A stretch of 63,481 nucleotides of DNA, counting the filler, from Octopus bimaculoides (Eukaryota): assembly GCF_001194135.2 (NCBI RefSeq). It is 5 parts of 5 records of this genome, joined end to end, with 100 filler letters (N's around TTAATTAATTAA, not from the genome) between each part and the next. Parts side by side here need not be neighbours in the genome. Positions count along the whole stretch, not along the records: positions 38,871 to 63,481 come from NC_068993.1; 4 more parts are not named here. One strand, written 5' to 3'. Both the position numbers and the translations under genes were made by a program. The number at the start of each line of letters is the position of its first letter. Position 1 is the stretch's first letter. The notes under the pieces were generated by a model. The model worked only from the letters and a program-made list of their open reading frames with translations. It ran no database searches and was not told the DNA's origin. Shown piece after piece: positions 39,708 through 53,499 of the stretch.

Positions 39708-41396
39708 AAAAGAGAGAGAAAGAGTGATTTGCACTTAAACAATCTTACCTCATCCTTCTCTGTGTGTATGCTCTTCAATATACTTGTCCCTTACAAACAC
39801 CTCATTACAGCCACATTCTGTATGCCCCCACATCTCTCTCTCTCTCTCTCTCTGCATCTATCTTTCTTCCTTTTCTCACACATGTCCATGCCCAACCTGT
39901 ATCTCTTTTATGCTGGGCCTATCTCTCAGTACAAGCTACATCTATCCATAGATTAGGTTTGCTAGCTATCTTCCTTTACACACACACACACACACACACA
40001 AAGTCTTTTTCTATGATTTCTATGTGACCATATCAATGTGTCTATCTATCTATCAATCTATCTATCTACTTATCTACCTACCTACCTATCTATTCCATTA
40101 TGTCACCCTCTCTCTCTCTCTCTCTTTCTATCAATCTATCAGTCTGCCTATCTATCTGTCTGTCTCTCTGCCTATCTATTTGTCTGCCTATCGATCTATC
40201 AAACTGTCTGTCTGTATATCTATCTACATATCCATTTATCTGTCTACCCATCCATCCATCCATCCCTCTCTCTCTCTCTCTATACACATATATCCATCTA
40301 TCTGACTGTATGCATATATGAATGTCTATCTATCTATCTATCTCTCTCTCTATCTATCTCTGTCAACCTACCTACCTACCTATCTCTCTATCTATCTCTC
40401 TATCTATCTCTCTATTTATCTATCTATCTATCTAATCTATCCATCTATATGCATGTAAGTCTTTCCCTATCTCCCACCACTACTTTAAATATCTAATCTC
40501 ATTCATTTGATTGATAGTACCATCTCCTCCTCTTCCCATCCTTTCTCACAACCACCCCCTTCTCTCCCTCCTCCTCCCCATCCTCTGCCATCTCCCTTCT
40601 GTTCCTCCATTCCAGTAGTGTGTAGGTATGTGTGTCTATGCATATCTGCCAGTGCCCACTGTGCGTGTGTATGTGTGAGAGTGTGTTTGTGTGTGTGTGT
40701 GTGTGTGCATGTATGACTGCTTTGAACGTGCATATGAATACATGCAAACAAATGGCAATGTGTGTATGTATGTGCATGTGTGCAGAACTGTGTGTGTGCT
40801 TAGAGAATGGAGGAGGTGGTGGTGCTGGTGTGTGTGTGTGTGCATATGTTTAAAGTGTGTACTCATGAAAGGTGTGTGTGTGTATGCATGTATGTATGTA
40901 TCTATGTACATGTTGACTTTGTGTGTGTGTGTGTGTGTATAGAAATGATATAGAATGGTTACAGTGTATGGTGTTGTCATACGTGTTCCTGTATATATAT
41001 GAATGAAATTAGCAGTAAATGTGTGTGCATGCATATGTATACATAGATAGAGAAAGAGAGAAAGAGAGAGAGGGGGGAGAGACAAACATAGAAGTGTGTG
41101 TGAGTGTATGAATGAATTTTTTGTGCGTGTGTGTGTATGTATGTATGTATGTATGTATGTATGCATGTATGTATATATATATAGATATTCTTTTATCTGC
41201 TTCAGTCATTTGACTGCGGCCATGCTGGAGCACCGCTTTTAGTCGAACAAATCGACCCCTGGACTTATTTTCCATAAGCCTAATACTTATTCTATCGGTC
41301 TCTTTAGCTGAACTGCTAAGTTACGAGGATGTAAACACGCCAGAATCAGTTGTCAAGTGATGGTGGGGGGGGGAGGGGACAGACGCACAAACATAT

Positions 41397-41447
<51 letters not shown>

Positions 41448-41771
41448 ACGGGCTTCTTCCAGTTTCCATCTACTAAATCCACTCACAAGGCTTTGATCAG
41501 TCAAAGGCTATAGTAGAAGAGTAGAAGACACTTGCTCAAGGTGCCACGCAGTGGGACTGGCCCCAGAACCAAGTGGTTGGTAATATGTGTGTGTGTGTGT
41601 GTGTGTGTGAATGAATTCTTCGTGTGTGCATGTAAGCAGGGTGCGGATGGGAAGGGGGTAGACAAACAGGGCTCAATTTAATTTGGGGACTGACTGGTAT
41701 GATGAGTTGTAGTGCCGTACAGCCCGGTGGTTCCCAACCAGGGACCATATGACTCTTGGAGGGTCCATGTA

Positions 41772-41989
41772 TGAGGGGGTGGGGCTGAAAAACTTCCTAG
41801 CTTTGGGTAAACGAAAATACAGGGTGATCAGTTAATAACGGTTTTATTCAACACATTCCCCTCTCAGATTCACACACTCATTGCAGCGGTCCTTCAGTTT
41901 TTCTAAGCCCTGTAAAAAGAACTTGGAAAGTTGGGCCTCCAGCCAGGCCTTTCACAATACTCTTAAAACCAGGAACTTTGCAGCAACCT
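41772..41989. mobile_element. Mariner-type MITE; second copy 42319-42538
   Basis: TIR tgaggggg..gctgaaaa.ttcct.gctt / aa.ccaggaactt..cagc..cc; the two copies are colinear over about 220 bp. Confidence 0.75.
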
Positions 41990-41999
41990 TATCATCATC

Positions 42000-42287
42000 A
42001 TCATCATCATCATTGTCGTTTAACGTCCGCTTTCCATGCTGGCATGGGTTGGACGATTTGACTGAGGACTGGTGAACCAGATGGCTACACCAGGCTCCAA
42101 TCTGATTTGGCAGAGTTTCTACAACTGGATGCCCTTCCTAATGCCAACCACTCCGAGAGTATNNNNNNNNNNNNNNNNNNNNNNNNNNNNNNNNNNNNNN
42201 NNNNNNNNNNNNGTCAGGCGGTACTGGCAACGGCCACGCTCAAAATGGTGTATTTTACGTGCCACCTGCACAGGAGCCAGTCCAGCG

Positions 42288-42290
<3 letters not shown>
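42000..42290 (+). mobile_element. SINE-like family D with (ATC)n end
   Basis: atcatc.gtttaacgtccgctttccatgct.gcatgggttggacgatttgactgaggactgg...ggatgcccttcctaa.gccaacc. Copies at 50565-50700 (+), 16090-16500 and 32110-32290 (-). Confidence 0.8.
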
Positions 42291-42320
<30 letters not shown>

Positions 42321-43451
42321 AGGCGGGGAGTGGAAAAGTTCTTGGCTTTGGGTAAAAGAAAATACTGGAAGACCGGTTAATAATGATTTTATTCAACATA
42401 TTCCCCTTCTCAGATTCACACCCTTATTGCAGTGGCCCTTCAGTTTTTCTAAGCCCTGTAAAAGAACTCGGAAGGTTGGGCCTCCAACCAGGCCTTTCAT
42501 GATACTCTTACAGCCAGGAACTTCTTAGCAGCCCCTTGGAAGATTTTGTTAAAATTTATCTGCAATAAGTTGGTTATGGTTCTAGAAATACACAAAATAC
42601 TGAAACAATTTCTTTTATACGATTCCTAATTAATAACTAATTATACAAACGTAACAGGATTCTTTTTATATCCATAGAATGGCCATAGAGGTCCAGTTAG
42701 GGTAAAACAGGGATAAAAGGGGGTCTATGAGCAAAAAACGGCTGAGAAGCATTACAAATTCTCTAAAAAGCTGGATCTTTGTATGATTATGTGACAGCAG
42801 TTGCAGATGTTGTTGCAACAAAGAGCTGTGCATGCAGCTGGCATCCGCAAACGCGGAAGAGCGATATCTGAGTGGATGGATGGATGGATGGAGATGTCAC
42901 AGCGCCAGCAGAAACTGGTCTTGAGAGGGTGCTGATGATACAGATGCCATTTCCCTGGTGTTGATGTGGTGGCTACTAAAAATAGCCTCGTTTATGATTG
43001 TCCACCATAGTCACAGCAGTTGCAGATATTGCATCGGCGTTACGGTCTCTATGAAATTTCTGCCATTCGAGTTGAAGCATACTAATGCAACAGAGTCATT
43101 GCTACCGATTACACATGTACACATACATGCACACACACAAATACATACATACTGACTATATCAACGCGTGCAGTCGCTAATGCACAAATGCACATTATAG
43201 TTACAATGCATACAAACCAGCAAATGACGATGAATATTTGCATATATCTCCATATGCAGTGCCACAGATGCATGTATATATTGCAATTAATATAAATGCA
43301 TACACACAGACTCTTTTTGTACAAAAATGCATGCACACAAGCATATACATATGCACACACACACATATATATACTAGTTACCTTTACAGAAAAATGTGCA
43401 TATATATATATGTGTGTTTGTGCATGTATACATATATATAAATGTGTATGC

Positions 43452-43487
<36 letters not shown>

Positions 43488-46008
43488 ACACATTCTTCAA
43501 TGCAATCATGAGACATGTATATGCATAAATGTACACACATGTGCAATTAGAAATGCTTGTATGCGCACACAATTACATATATATGCATCTACAGACATGC
43601 CTGTATCTATATACATATGTATGTATATCTATCTATCTATATATATATATATATATACACACACACATATATATGTATATCTATGTATCAATATATCTAT
43701 CTAGCTTTATGTGTGCATATATGTGAATATATAAATATATACACATGTATATTTATGTATATCTGTCGATCTATCTATCTATATGTATGTATATATATAA
43801 CACATATATATATATGTGTATGTATGTATGTATGTCTATCTATCTATTTACATAGTCTCACACTTATGCAGATGTATTCCTATAGGTATGTACAATGGCA
43901 AACACACATATGCACAATTACAAGTTATAAATGCACAGATGCACAGCCAGATGCTTCAGTACATGCACAGCTACATGAATACACACATACACACACACAC
44001 ACACACACAATCACTGATGCAGTTATACACGGCTGCAGATGCATGCACGCACACACACACACACACACACACATGTGCGAATGTATAACCACACATAACC
44101 TAAGATGCATCCATAAATGCACATGCATTGCTGCCCACGCATATGAATGCACATATATTGCGTTGACATTTCTAGGTCAAGTTAATTACAGCTGTTGCTG
44201 CAGAGTGGGCAGAGNNNNNNNNNNNNNNNNNNNNNNNNNNNNNNNNNNNNNNNNNNNNNNNNNNNNNNNNNNNNNNNNNNNNNNNNNNNNNNNNNNNNNN
44301 NNNNNNNNNNNNNNNNNNNNNNNNNNNNNNNNNNNNNNNNNNNNNNNNNNNNNNNNNNNNNNNNNNNNNNNNNNNNNNNNNNNNNNNNNNNNNNNNNNNN
44401 NNNNNNNNNNNNNNNNNNNNNNNNNNNNNNNNNNNNNNNNNNNNNNNNNNNNNNNNNNNNNNNNNNNNNNNNNNNNNNNNNNNNNNNNNNNNNNNNNNNN
44501 NNNNNNNNNNNNNNNNNNNNNNNNNNNNNNNNNNNNNNNNNNNNNNNNNNNNNNNNNNNNNNNNNNNNNNNNNNNNNNNNGGGGGTGGCGGTCATGATGG
44601 AAAGGAGAGGGAAGAGGGATAAAGGAAGAGGAGCGATAGAGAGAGAGAGAGAGAGTGGTAGGAGTGAATAAGAGAGGAGGAGGGAGTTGAAGAGTAGGAA
44701 GGGGGATGAGGAGGGCAGGAAAAGAACAGGAAGAAAAACTGACAGGGAGAAGAAGATAAAAGCAGAGGAGGAAAGAAACAGATGAGAAGAGGGGGAGGAG
44801 GAAATTGAGGAAGAGAAAAAAGAAAAGGAAGAGCAAGAGGGAGGAGGATGAGAAAGGAAGAGAAGATAAGGGAAAAAGACGAGGGAAGAAGTACACTAGT
44901 CATTATTGTGGGTTTAATCAGGATGTTGTTGTTGTTGCTGTTGTTGTAAGGAAAGGAGAGTGGATGCAGGCTTGGCTATGTGGTCAAGAGGTTTGCTTCC
45001 CAACCATGTGGATCTGGGTTCAGTCCCCCCAGTGGCAAACGTCTTCTATGATAGCCCATAGCCCTGAGCTGACCAAAGCCTTGTGAATGGTTTTGGTAGA
45101 GGGAAACTGAAAGAAGCTCATCACACACACACACACACACATATATATATACATTATAATATACAGATGTATGTTTGTATGTGAATGTGTGTGTATGTTT
45201 GTATGTGTAATGAACACGTGTGTGTTACTCTTTGCCTTGATATCACATGGTCATTGTAAACAAGCATCAATGTCATACAAGAGGTGTCCTTCATTTCCAT
45301 GTCTAGTAACGAGGAAACATTACCTTACTTGGAAATGGAAGGGCATCCGGTGCTTGAAAATCTGCTTCAATGAATTCTGTCTGACCCAGGCAAGCATGGA
45401 AAAGAGGTTGTTAAATGATAACGAAAACTTGTGTCTGTGTGTCACTTAGTTTCAACATAATGTGATGCTTGTAAGTAAGTGCCACCATCATACAGGTGGT
45501 ATTACTACCTTGCCTGGAAACAGGTGGGGGTGGGTGGCAACAGGAAGGGGGTCTTGGCTGTAGAAAATCTGCCACAAGATATTTCCATGATATAAGCAAG
45601 TATGGAAAAGTGGCTGTTAAAAATGATGATGATGATGATGCTGATGACAATGATGATGCTTCCACACAGTTTCCGTGAAACCAATTTCACTCACAAGATT
45701 TGATCTCACCTTAAGCTTATGGTAAAAGACACTGGTCTGAGATGTCCTATAGCAGGATTGAAACTGTTGCTTCGCGATTGCTTCACAATTGCATACACAC
45801 ACACACACACACACAACTATACACACACTCATGTGCACACTGACAGACATACATATATTCTGATGCACATACATACACACACATACTGCTTCTCTCTCTC
45901 TTTCTCTATCACATACACACACAGATTCACTTCTCTCAAGTACACACACACATACACACAAAAAGATACCTTCACACGTCACAGGAATAATCAGACACTT
46001 ACACACAC

Positions 46009-46041
<33 letters not shown>

Positions 46042-47499
46042 CACACAGACATACACACAGAGAGATTCTCTCCTTGCTCTTTTACTCACACACACACACA
46101 CACACAATTCTTCACACTCTAAAGCATTCAATCAGTCTGACCACATCAGAGCTCCTGTTACCAAGGTAACCATGTCCAGAGAACTGGCTAGACTGTTGTC
46201 CAGAGACAGTTGTTTTGGTTCTGTACACTGACCAGCCTAGTGGTCAGTTAGCCAGATGGCTGGTTGACCAGTAGGTTGGCTGGAGTGGACAGTCAGCCTC
46301 TGTCCATCCAACACCACCACCACCATTGGTCCTACTTCCTGCAACTCTTGCAGTGGAATGACACTTACTCCCCCTCTACCCACCTTTTGACCACATTTCA
46401 CAACACACACACACACACACTCTCAAACACATACACACACTCAGACACACATAAGATTGATTTTTATACAAACCATGCTATTTCAGAATAGATATATAAA
46501 ATAGGATGACGACGATGACGACGACGATGATGACGACGATGATGATGATGATGATGACGATGATGATGATGATGACGACGATGATGATGATGACGACGAT
46601 GATGATGATGATGATGATGAAAGCCAGTTATAGTATAAATAGGAATGGCTATTGTGATGATGATGATGATGGTGATGGTAATGATGGCAGGGATAATTAT
46701 GATGATGATGATGATGGCCATTGTGATGGCTGTGAAGACCATGTCAATACAATATACAATCATGCCACCATTTCTTTGTAGCTAGGGTGACCAACACTAC
46801 CACCATTATACAGCAGGAGCAAACATGTGGCCCCTTTCCAGCAATCAAATCACCCCTAGCTTCATCCTGTGCAATCCATCATCCCCTATCAATGGACAAA
46901 TGGGGTTGCCTCTAAGAAGACCCAGTTTTGCACAAAAGCAACCCTTAAACCCCTTAACCCTATAAGCTAACAGGGAAGGCTATAACACAAGGGGACGTCC
47001 ACAGAGATAGTACAGGGAAAGAGAAGCACACACTGCTGAAGGAGTGCCACAGAGGTAATACTGAGGGTTTCGGCAGATCACCGTGAGTGACCCACAAAGA
47101 TTGTTCCTTGGTTCATGAGCTGAGTTCAAAATTTGTTGAAGTAGATTGGGAGTCTGTGAGAAAATCCATAAAACTCTTTTCATACCAAACCTCCAAAAAC
47201 AACGTGGTTCTGTGACCCCAAACTTCTGGTTTTAATGTAATCTAAATTAAAAACCTTTCTTCAAAATATCATGTTAGTTTATGGTCCAAACCCAGGTTTA
47301 ATCGTGACAAAAGTTTTTCCTGAATTCTTCAGTATTTTCAAAATGAATCAAAACAAAGGCCCCTTAATTCAACAGTGCTATGGTAAAAAAAGGGCTAAAT
47401 AAAAAGTGGAGGTCCTTTGTAGTGAAAAGATTAGAAATTTTGCTTTGGAGGGTCACTCGATCTCCTAGAAATAACAGCAATAGAAGTCATTGTCAGCAT

Positions 47500-47980
47500 A
47501 GAATGTTAACACTGTTATGGCTAGTAATTAAGAGCTATTAACATCACAAATGAATAATGACCTTGTAGCAAGTAACAAGAGTTAGCACTACTGTGGCTAG
47601 AAACAATGTAGATAATGGTAGTTAGCAACAGCACAAAGGTTAACACCAGTGTGGTTAACAAAAAGAGCTGGCAACAACAACAAAAAAAAAATGCTAACGT
47701 TGCCATTGCAGTTAGCAAAAATATAAGAATTAACACCGTTGCAGCTTGCAACAGCTCAGTGGTGCTTAGCAACAGTACAAGCGTTGTTAACACCACAATG
47801 ACTGGTAGTAATGCGGAAGTGGTTAGCAACAGCACAAAAACTTAACGCTACTGCTGCGAGCACAAATGCATTAGCAACATCACAAGAGCTAGAGCTGTTT
47901 TGGTTAGCAACAATGCAATAGTTAAACGCTGTTGCAGCTTGTAATGATGTAAAATGGTTAGCAAAGAGTTAGCAACAGAT
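47500..47980 (+). repeat. Degenerate tandem repeat of a GTTAGCAACA(G)CACAA-like unit
   Basis: gttagca recurs about ten times at irregular spacing. Confidence 0.7.
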
Positions 47981-49261
47981 GAAGAGACAGCTTGGAAATC
48001 CCGTAAAAATCAGCTCCTTTTTCTCGTGTCATATTGCTTTCCTCGTCAAGACTTGGTCTGTCCACTAATAAACAAGACGGCACGCTGCTGCTACAACTGC
48101 CAAAAGAGACTCGATTATCAGCCGAGGAAGACTCTGATGGAATTGAATTGAATAACTTAAAAACCGGTGCCATCACTTGCAGCAATAACCCTGTTTACCA
48201 AACTTACTGCAACGAAGCTGACGCACACCAAAGCAATTAGCAACCCAATTTAGAGCAGCCGTGCACATTAGCAAAGATCCTCAAGCCTTCATCATCAACA
48301 GCGATACAATCATAGTCATCAACACCTACATTATACAGCCCCCGCCCTCCTACTGGCCTACACCCCTAAAGTCAATCAACATCACCCAGCAATAATGTAC
48401 TTTAACTCTCACCAGCACTTCAACCACTGCTGCTGCTGCTGCTACTGCTACTACTACTACTACTACTACTACTACTAATAATAATAATAATAATAATAAT
48501 GGTGGTGTTATAGTGCTTTCTGCAAGACAAAAGTTACAATTCCACAAAGCAAAAAAGAAAAAAGAAATAAATAAAACTCCCCCAGTTAACATCATTATCG
48601 TCACAATCACTATTATCAACATGACCCCCTACACCCTACTACTACTACTACTACTACTACTACTGCATCCATCACTACTGTCATCATCATCATCATCGTC
48701 ACATTACCAGCATCATTTAATCATCAACATCATCATGTTAATGTCAAACAGAACTACCACCATCACCATCATCATCATCATCCCAATCATGACCACCATG
48801 TTGCCTACAACCACCACCATCACTATCACCATCAACACCACCACCACCACTACCAGCGCTGCAACCATCATCACCAGCACCAGCACCACCACCATCACTA
48901 CAGAAACTACACAGCACCACAATTGCAACCATCACCACCACTGCCACCGACCACCACCGCCACTACAGCCCAATCACCTATTTATCTAATTGGTCAATGT
49001 ACTGGAATGCTAATAACTTCTCTTTCAGGGAATGATTGGATTTCGAAAATTGAATTAAGTGATACGTAGAAGGAGATGGGCCTATGGAATAAACTATCTG
49101 GATGGTTCTAGAATCTATTTCAAGCCAGCATCATCATCATCATCATCATCATCGTCATCATTGTCGCTGTTGTTGTGATTAAATTGTTAAGCTGACAGAA
49201 ATGATACAAGAGCCGGATTGAATGCCTTGTGGTATGTTTGTGCGTGTATACACACACACAT

Positions 49262-49292
<31 letters not shown>

Positions 49293-49632
49293 CACGCACA
49301 CACACAGATATATATATATATATACACACACATATATACAGTGCCCCAGCATGGCTGCAGTCTAATGACCAAAACATGATAAAAGAATATAAATTTTATA
49401 TATATATATATATTAAATATATATTCTTTTATCCTTTTACTTGTTTCAGTCATTTAAATGCGACCATGCTGGAGCACCGCCTTTAGTCGAGGAAATCAAC
49501 CCCAGGACTTATTCTTTGTAAGCCTAGTACTTATTCTATCAGTCTCTTTAGTCAAACAGCTAAGTTTCAGGGACATAAACACACCAACAACAGTTGTCAA
49601 GTGATGGTGACAAACAGACACAAAGGCACACT

Positions 49633-49702
<70 letters not shown>

Positions 49703-50259
49703 TGATGAGGACAAATGTCCGTCAAATGTAAATAATGAACAGTAGTGAGGTCACCAAGTAACTTTGCAGGACAAGGTCCCTCAACTTGTGGGCGAGTGGT
49801 ATTGAGGGACAGAAAGGGTGTCTTGCAGTAGAAGAGGAATATGGTTACCTCAAATAGGGGGAGAAAGAGAGAGAGAGAGGAAAGAGAGAAAGTGGTGAAG
49901 ATGTGATGGGGGAAGAGAGGAAGGGGCCTTACACCCAAGTTACAGGGGTGGTGTATATAGTGAAGTGGACCAGGGATCGGAGAGGGTGAGTGAGTGGGTG
50001 AGTGAGTTCACAAGATTTTGAAAGGAGGGGGGGAGCTAGAGTGAACCCCTCCCCTCAAAATTGCTGGCCTTGAGACTAAATAAGAGACCATTATGAAGCT
50101 AAACAACTAAAAATAGATAAAGGGCAAAGGGCATCTGGCAGTAAAACAATGCCTCAATAATATAGTCATCTAACCATTTCTGGCCTGAAAAAAACAGACC
50201 TAAAATAAAGAAATAAACAAAAATGATATTGTAAAAAAAACAATCAAACAAAATCTTAC

Positions 50260-50463
50260 CTTTTGCACATTCATCGCTTTTTATGATGGAATGGTAATCA
50301 TCCTCGGTGCTACTGCTGTCATCGACTGATTCTTGAGCAGATGAGCTCAAATAACGGCTGGAACATATACTTTGCAATGGGCTGGAGAAATTCCTTGTAA
50401 GGAATCTTGATGGTCTTAAAGCCTGGTCTTTGGCTGAACAGTTGATGGACCGGTAAACTTCAG
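50260..50463 (-). CDS. TRAP1: TRAP1 coding exon 2: (A)EVYRSINCSAKDQALRPSRFLTRNFSSPLQSICSSRYLSSSAQESVDDSSSTEDDYHSIIKSDECAK(G)
   Basis: tttgtttatcag acceptor, aaa g|gtaaga donor; 204 nt, phase 1-1. EDDYHSIIKSDECAK-G resembles the TRAP1 segment EEPLHSIISSTESVQ-G as I recall it, including a phase-1 intron at that Gly. The call rests on this short motif plus the transit peptide. Confidence 0.75.
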
Positions 50464-51669
50464 CTGATAAACAAAGAAAAAGAGACAGTTATATATGGAT
50501 GGATGTATATGTATGTGTGTGTGTGTGTGTTTTTTGTGTGATTTTCATTCATGCTCTCATCATCATCATCGTTTAACGTCTGCTTTCCATGCTAGCATGG
50601 GTTGGACGATTTGACTGAGGACTGGCGAACCAGACGGCTGCACCAGGCTCCAATCTGATCTGGCAGAGTTTCTACAGCTGGATGCCCTTCCTAACGCTCT
50701 GTATGTGTTTGTTCATGTTTTGCAAATCAGTCTTATGTCTGTCCTGAGTTTTTGCAGTCATAAGAATCTACTTCATATGGTCACTTCCTAAACTGCTAGG
50801 TCAAGGGGACATAAACAAACCAACAGCGGTTGTCAAGCAGTGGAGGTGAGGGAGATAAAGAAAAAAAAAACACACACACACATAACAGGCTTCACTAGTT
50901 TCTCTCAACCAAATCCACTCACAAGGTCGACAGAAAAAGACACTTGCCTAAGGTGCTATGCAGTGGGATTGAACCAGAAAACATGTGGCTGCAAAGCAAG
51001 CTTCTTAACCACACAGCTACCGTATAAGAAGGCAAAGGCTGTTGTTGTTTAAACCCAGGTTAGTCCAGAATAAGCAAACCTATGATGTCTGCCGTCTCTA
51101 TTTGTATCATTCATTTTTAAGGCATAATTTAAAGGAGATTTGGCTGCCATTTCTAGCAGGCTAAACAACTAAATACAAGCTCTATCGTTGTCTCGTTATT
51201 CTGAGCCAAGTCAAACCTCATTCATCCGATAATCAAAGACACTCCAGATTCGACGATCCAGTTTATATATATATATATATAAGTATTCAAACATTACTTA
51301 ATGTGACACTTTTTTTTTTCTCTAAGACAGAAGGGTGTAATTTTAGGGGAAGTTGACTGCTATTTCTAGCACATCGAACGATCATGTGCGGCGATGCCCT
51401 TTAGCACTGTGTCAAGGAGAAAGCGATACCGACTACACATAGTAAAGCTAAGGGTAAATAGGTATTTGTTATTGTTGTTGTTTAGCCCTAGGCTAGCCAC
51501 GACCGAGATGACCTATGATCAAAAATGTCCCAAACATGCGTACACCGCATGTGTGTGTGTGTGTGTTTTATGGCAGTATGGTATGATTTGAAGGAGATTT
51601 AGCTGGTATTTCTAGCAGCTCGAGCGACTGCAGAGGTCGATAAATGGGACTTAGGGAAAGGTTATATAT

Positions 51670-51723
<54 letters not shown>

Positions 51724-52440
51724 AGCGGCGTAGTTGAGTAGATCGGTTGTTTGGTTGGTAGGCAGGTACTTTGAAGGGTAAATACGAGCAACACGTGAGG
51801 AACAGGACATAGATGGATAGATAGATAGATAGATAGATAGATAGAATGGAACAATATAACCGATCAACAGAGTAATTAAATAAAAGACGCAAATACATTC
51901 TAATAATATCGATATTATATATATATATATATATCTTTCTATCTATATGTAAAGGCAATCTTTCGGTATCATCTCCGAAGGGTTACCTGTGTAGAAATAC
52001 GTGTATAAGCGTGTGTTTGAAATGTTTGTACGTGTGTACGAGTGTGTGGTAGGGTGTATCAGGTCTACAGAGGTTGTATGAATTGATAGTATAACGGAAA
52101 CATTCATAAATATTGAGAGATTCCACTCCAGGTGAACGGTGTCCGTAAACTGGTTCCTGTTCTTCAGGGGAGCTATTTTAACTTCGGTTCTTTTTTATTT
52201 CTGTTAGATCTCTATTTCAATGTTTTTGCGAATGTGCATGAACGTCACAGAATCATATCACCCTCCCTCTCTGTTGTTATAACACGCACATACATTAGTG
52301 ATAATAAAATATTAATAAAAGACCACATACTCCTTCACCGTGGTGCTAAACACGTGTTTATATGGGTGTGTATGTATGAGATACATACATACACACACAC
52401 ACACACATATATACATATATATATATATATNNNNNNNNNN

Positions 52441-52476
<36 letters not shown>

Positions 52477-53206
52477 CATATATGTATATATGTGTGTGTA
52501 TAAACGTACATGATTTTATAATTTAATATTCAGCGGCAGAAACAGTTACATACATAGGTAAAGTTTCGAATCTGTCCATAAATGACCTTCCATACAAAAC
52601 GGAAGGGGCCACATAGAAATTACATGCTGGAATCCCTCAAATATTCACAATTCTAAATTATGGTACTTTATTGTTTAGAAATTCTACTATAAAACTGTAA
52701 TTAACTCAGTTTAATTAGCCACAGTAATTACAGATTCCCTCGTTGTCTCAATAACGTATTTATTCACACTACACACGTGTGGAATCCCTGAACATCGACA
52801 AATATTCCAAGGTATGGTGTTTTAGATCTATAAAATATACAATAAAGAGGTTAGTTTAATTAATGTTAGTTAGTCATTTAAGTAAAACGATCATTTATTT
52901 GTAAATTAGGTGGAGAAATGTAGCATTTCGTTTCTATGTGGTTCCTTTCGTTATGAACAGAGAAGCTGGTGTTTAATTACAGATTCGACATCTTTACCGA
53001 TAGACAGAGAGATGAATACACAGACAAACTAGTGAATGGATGGATCGAAGCGTAAATACGGTCAGATCGTGTGGTTATTTGCAATTAAGGTGTTAAATAG
53101 AAAGAGAGAGAGATGGAGGTACACAGAGAAGATGATGATGGTGGTGGTAGTGTTATTAATGATGAGGACAAGGGGATATGTTATGTGTTTTTTTTAATGT
53201 CCTTAC

Positions 53207-53339
53207 CGACAGAGTGAGACCTAGTGGCCTTCGTGTGCAGGGCAACAGTTCGTAGAGGACGCACACAGGTTGATAATTTTCTCATTGTTAAACAACGGTA
53301 GAACGGCGGAAGAACACATGTACGGATAGAAGTCGCCAT
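53207..53339 (-). CDS. TRAP1: TRAP1 (mitochondrial HSP90/HSP75) coding exon 1, transit-peptide-like: MATSIRTCVLPPFYRCLTMRKLSTCVRPLRTVALHTKATRSHSV
   Basis: aaaATGG start context, g|gtaagg donor; R/K/S/T-rich with no acidic residues; phase 1 joins exon 2 in frame. Different frame from the listed ORF 53221..53415. Confidence 0.7.
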
Positions 53340-53462
53340 TTTCATACAGCCTCTTTCTGAGATATGAAATGACCTCTAAGAGGTCACACGCAATTGACAA
53401 GGATTGAAACTGCAATCAGCTGAGTGATGGCAGATTTATTTATTTCTTTTTAATGAATGAAA

Positions 53463-53499
<37 letters not shown>

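Noticed and set aside
43557-44597. Long ORFs rich in YI, CV, HT, LS or X throughout the track
   Set aside because: Translations of dinucleotide/tetranucleotide microsatellites or N gaps; no coding signal.
45700-45790. TRAP1 exon 3 candidate (AKQQFQSCY...K|gtgaga)
   Set aside because: Only K..FQ matches; the conserved AET..LLDIVA.SLYSEKE is absent and there is no acceptor.
47500-47980. CRISPR-like array (recurring GTTAGCAAC)
   Set aside because: Repeats are short, degenerate and irregularly spaced, the intervening sequence is itself repetitive, there are no cas genes, and the context is eukaryotic.
47958-48185. SLC6 N-terminus (minus ORF ...DEESNMTREKGADFYG...)
   Set aside because: Lacks the W.....F....G..VGLGN.WRFPY motif and ends in a stop.
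50260-50260. TRAP1-SLC6 fusion transcript
   Set aside because: TRAP1 exon 2 ends in phase 1, while the acceptors of the first visible SLC6 exon give phase 0 or 2; a scaffold spacer also lies between them.
53221-53415. Listed ORF MQFQSLSIACDLLEV...
   Set aside because: Alternative frame over TRAP1 exon 1; the real frame starts at ATG 53339 and exits at a donor.
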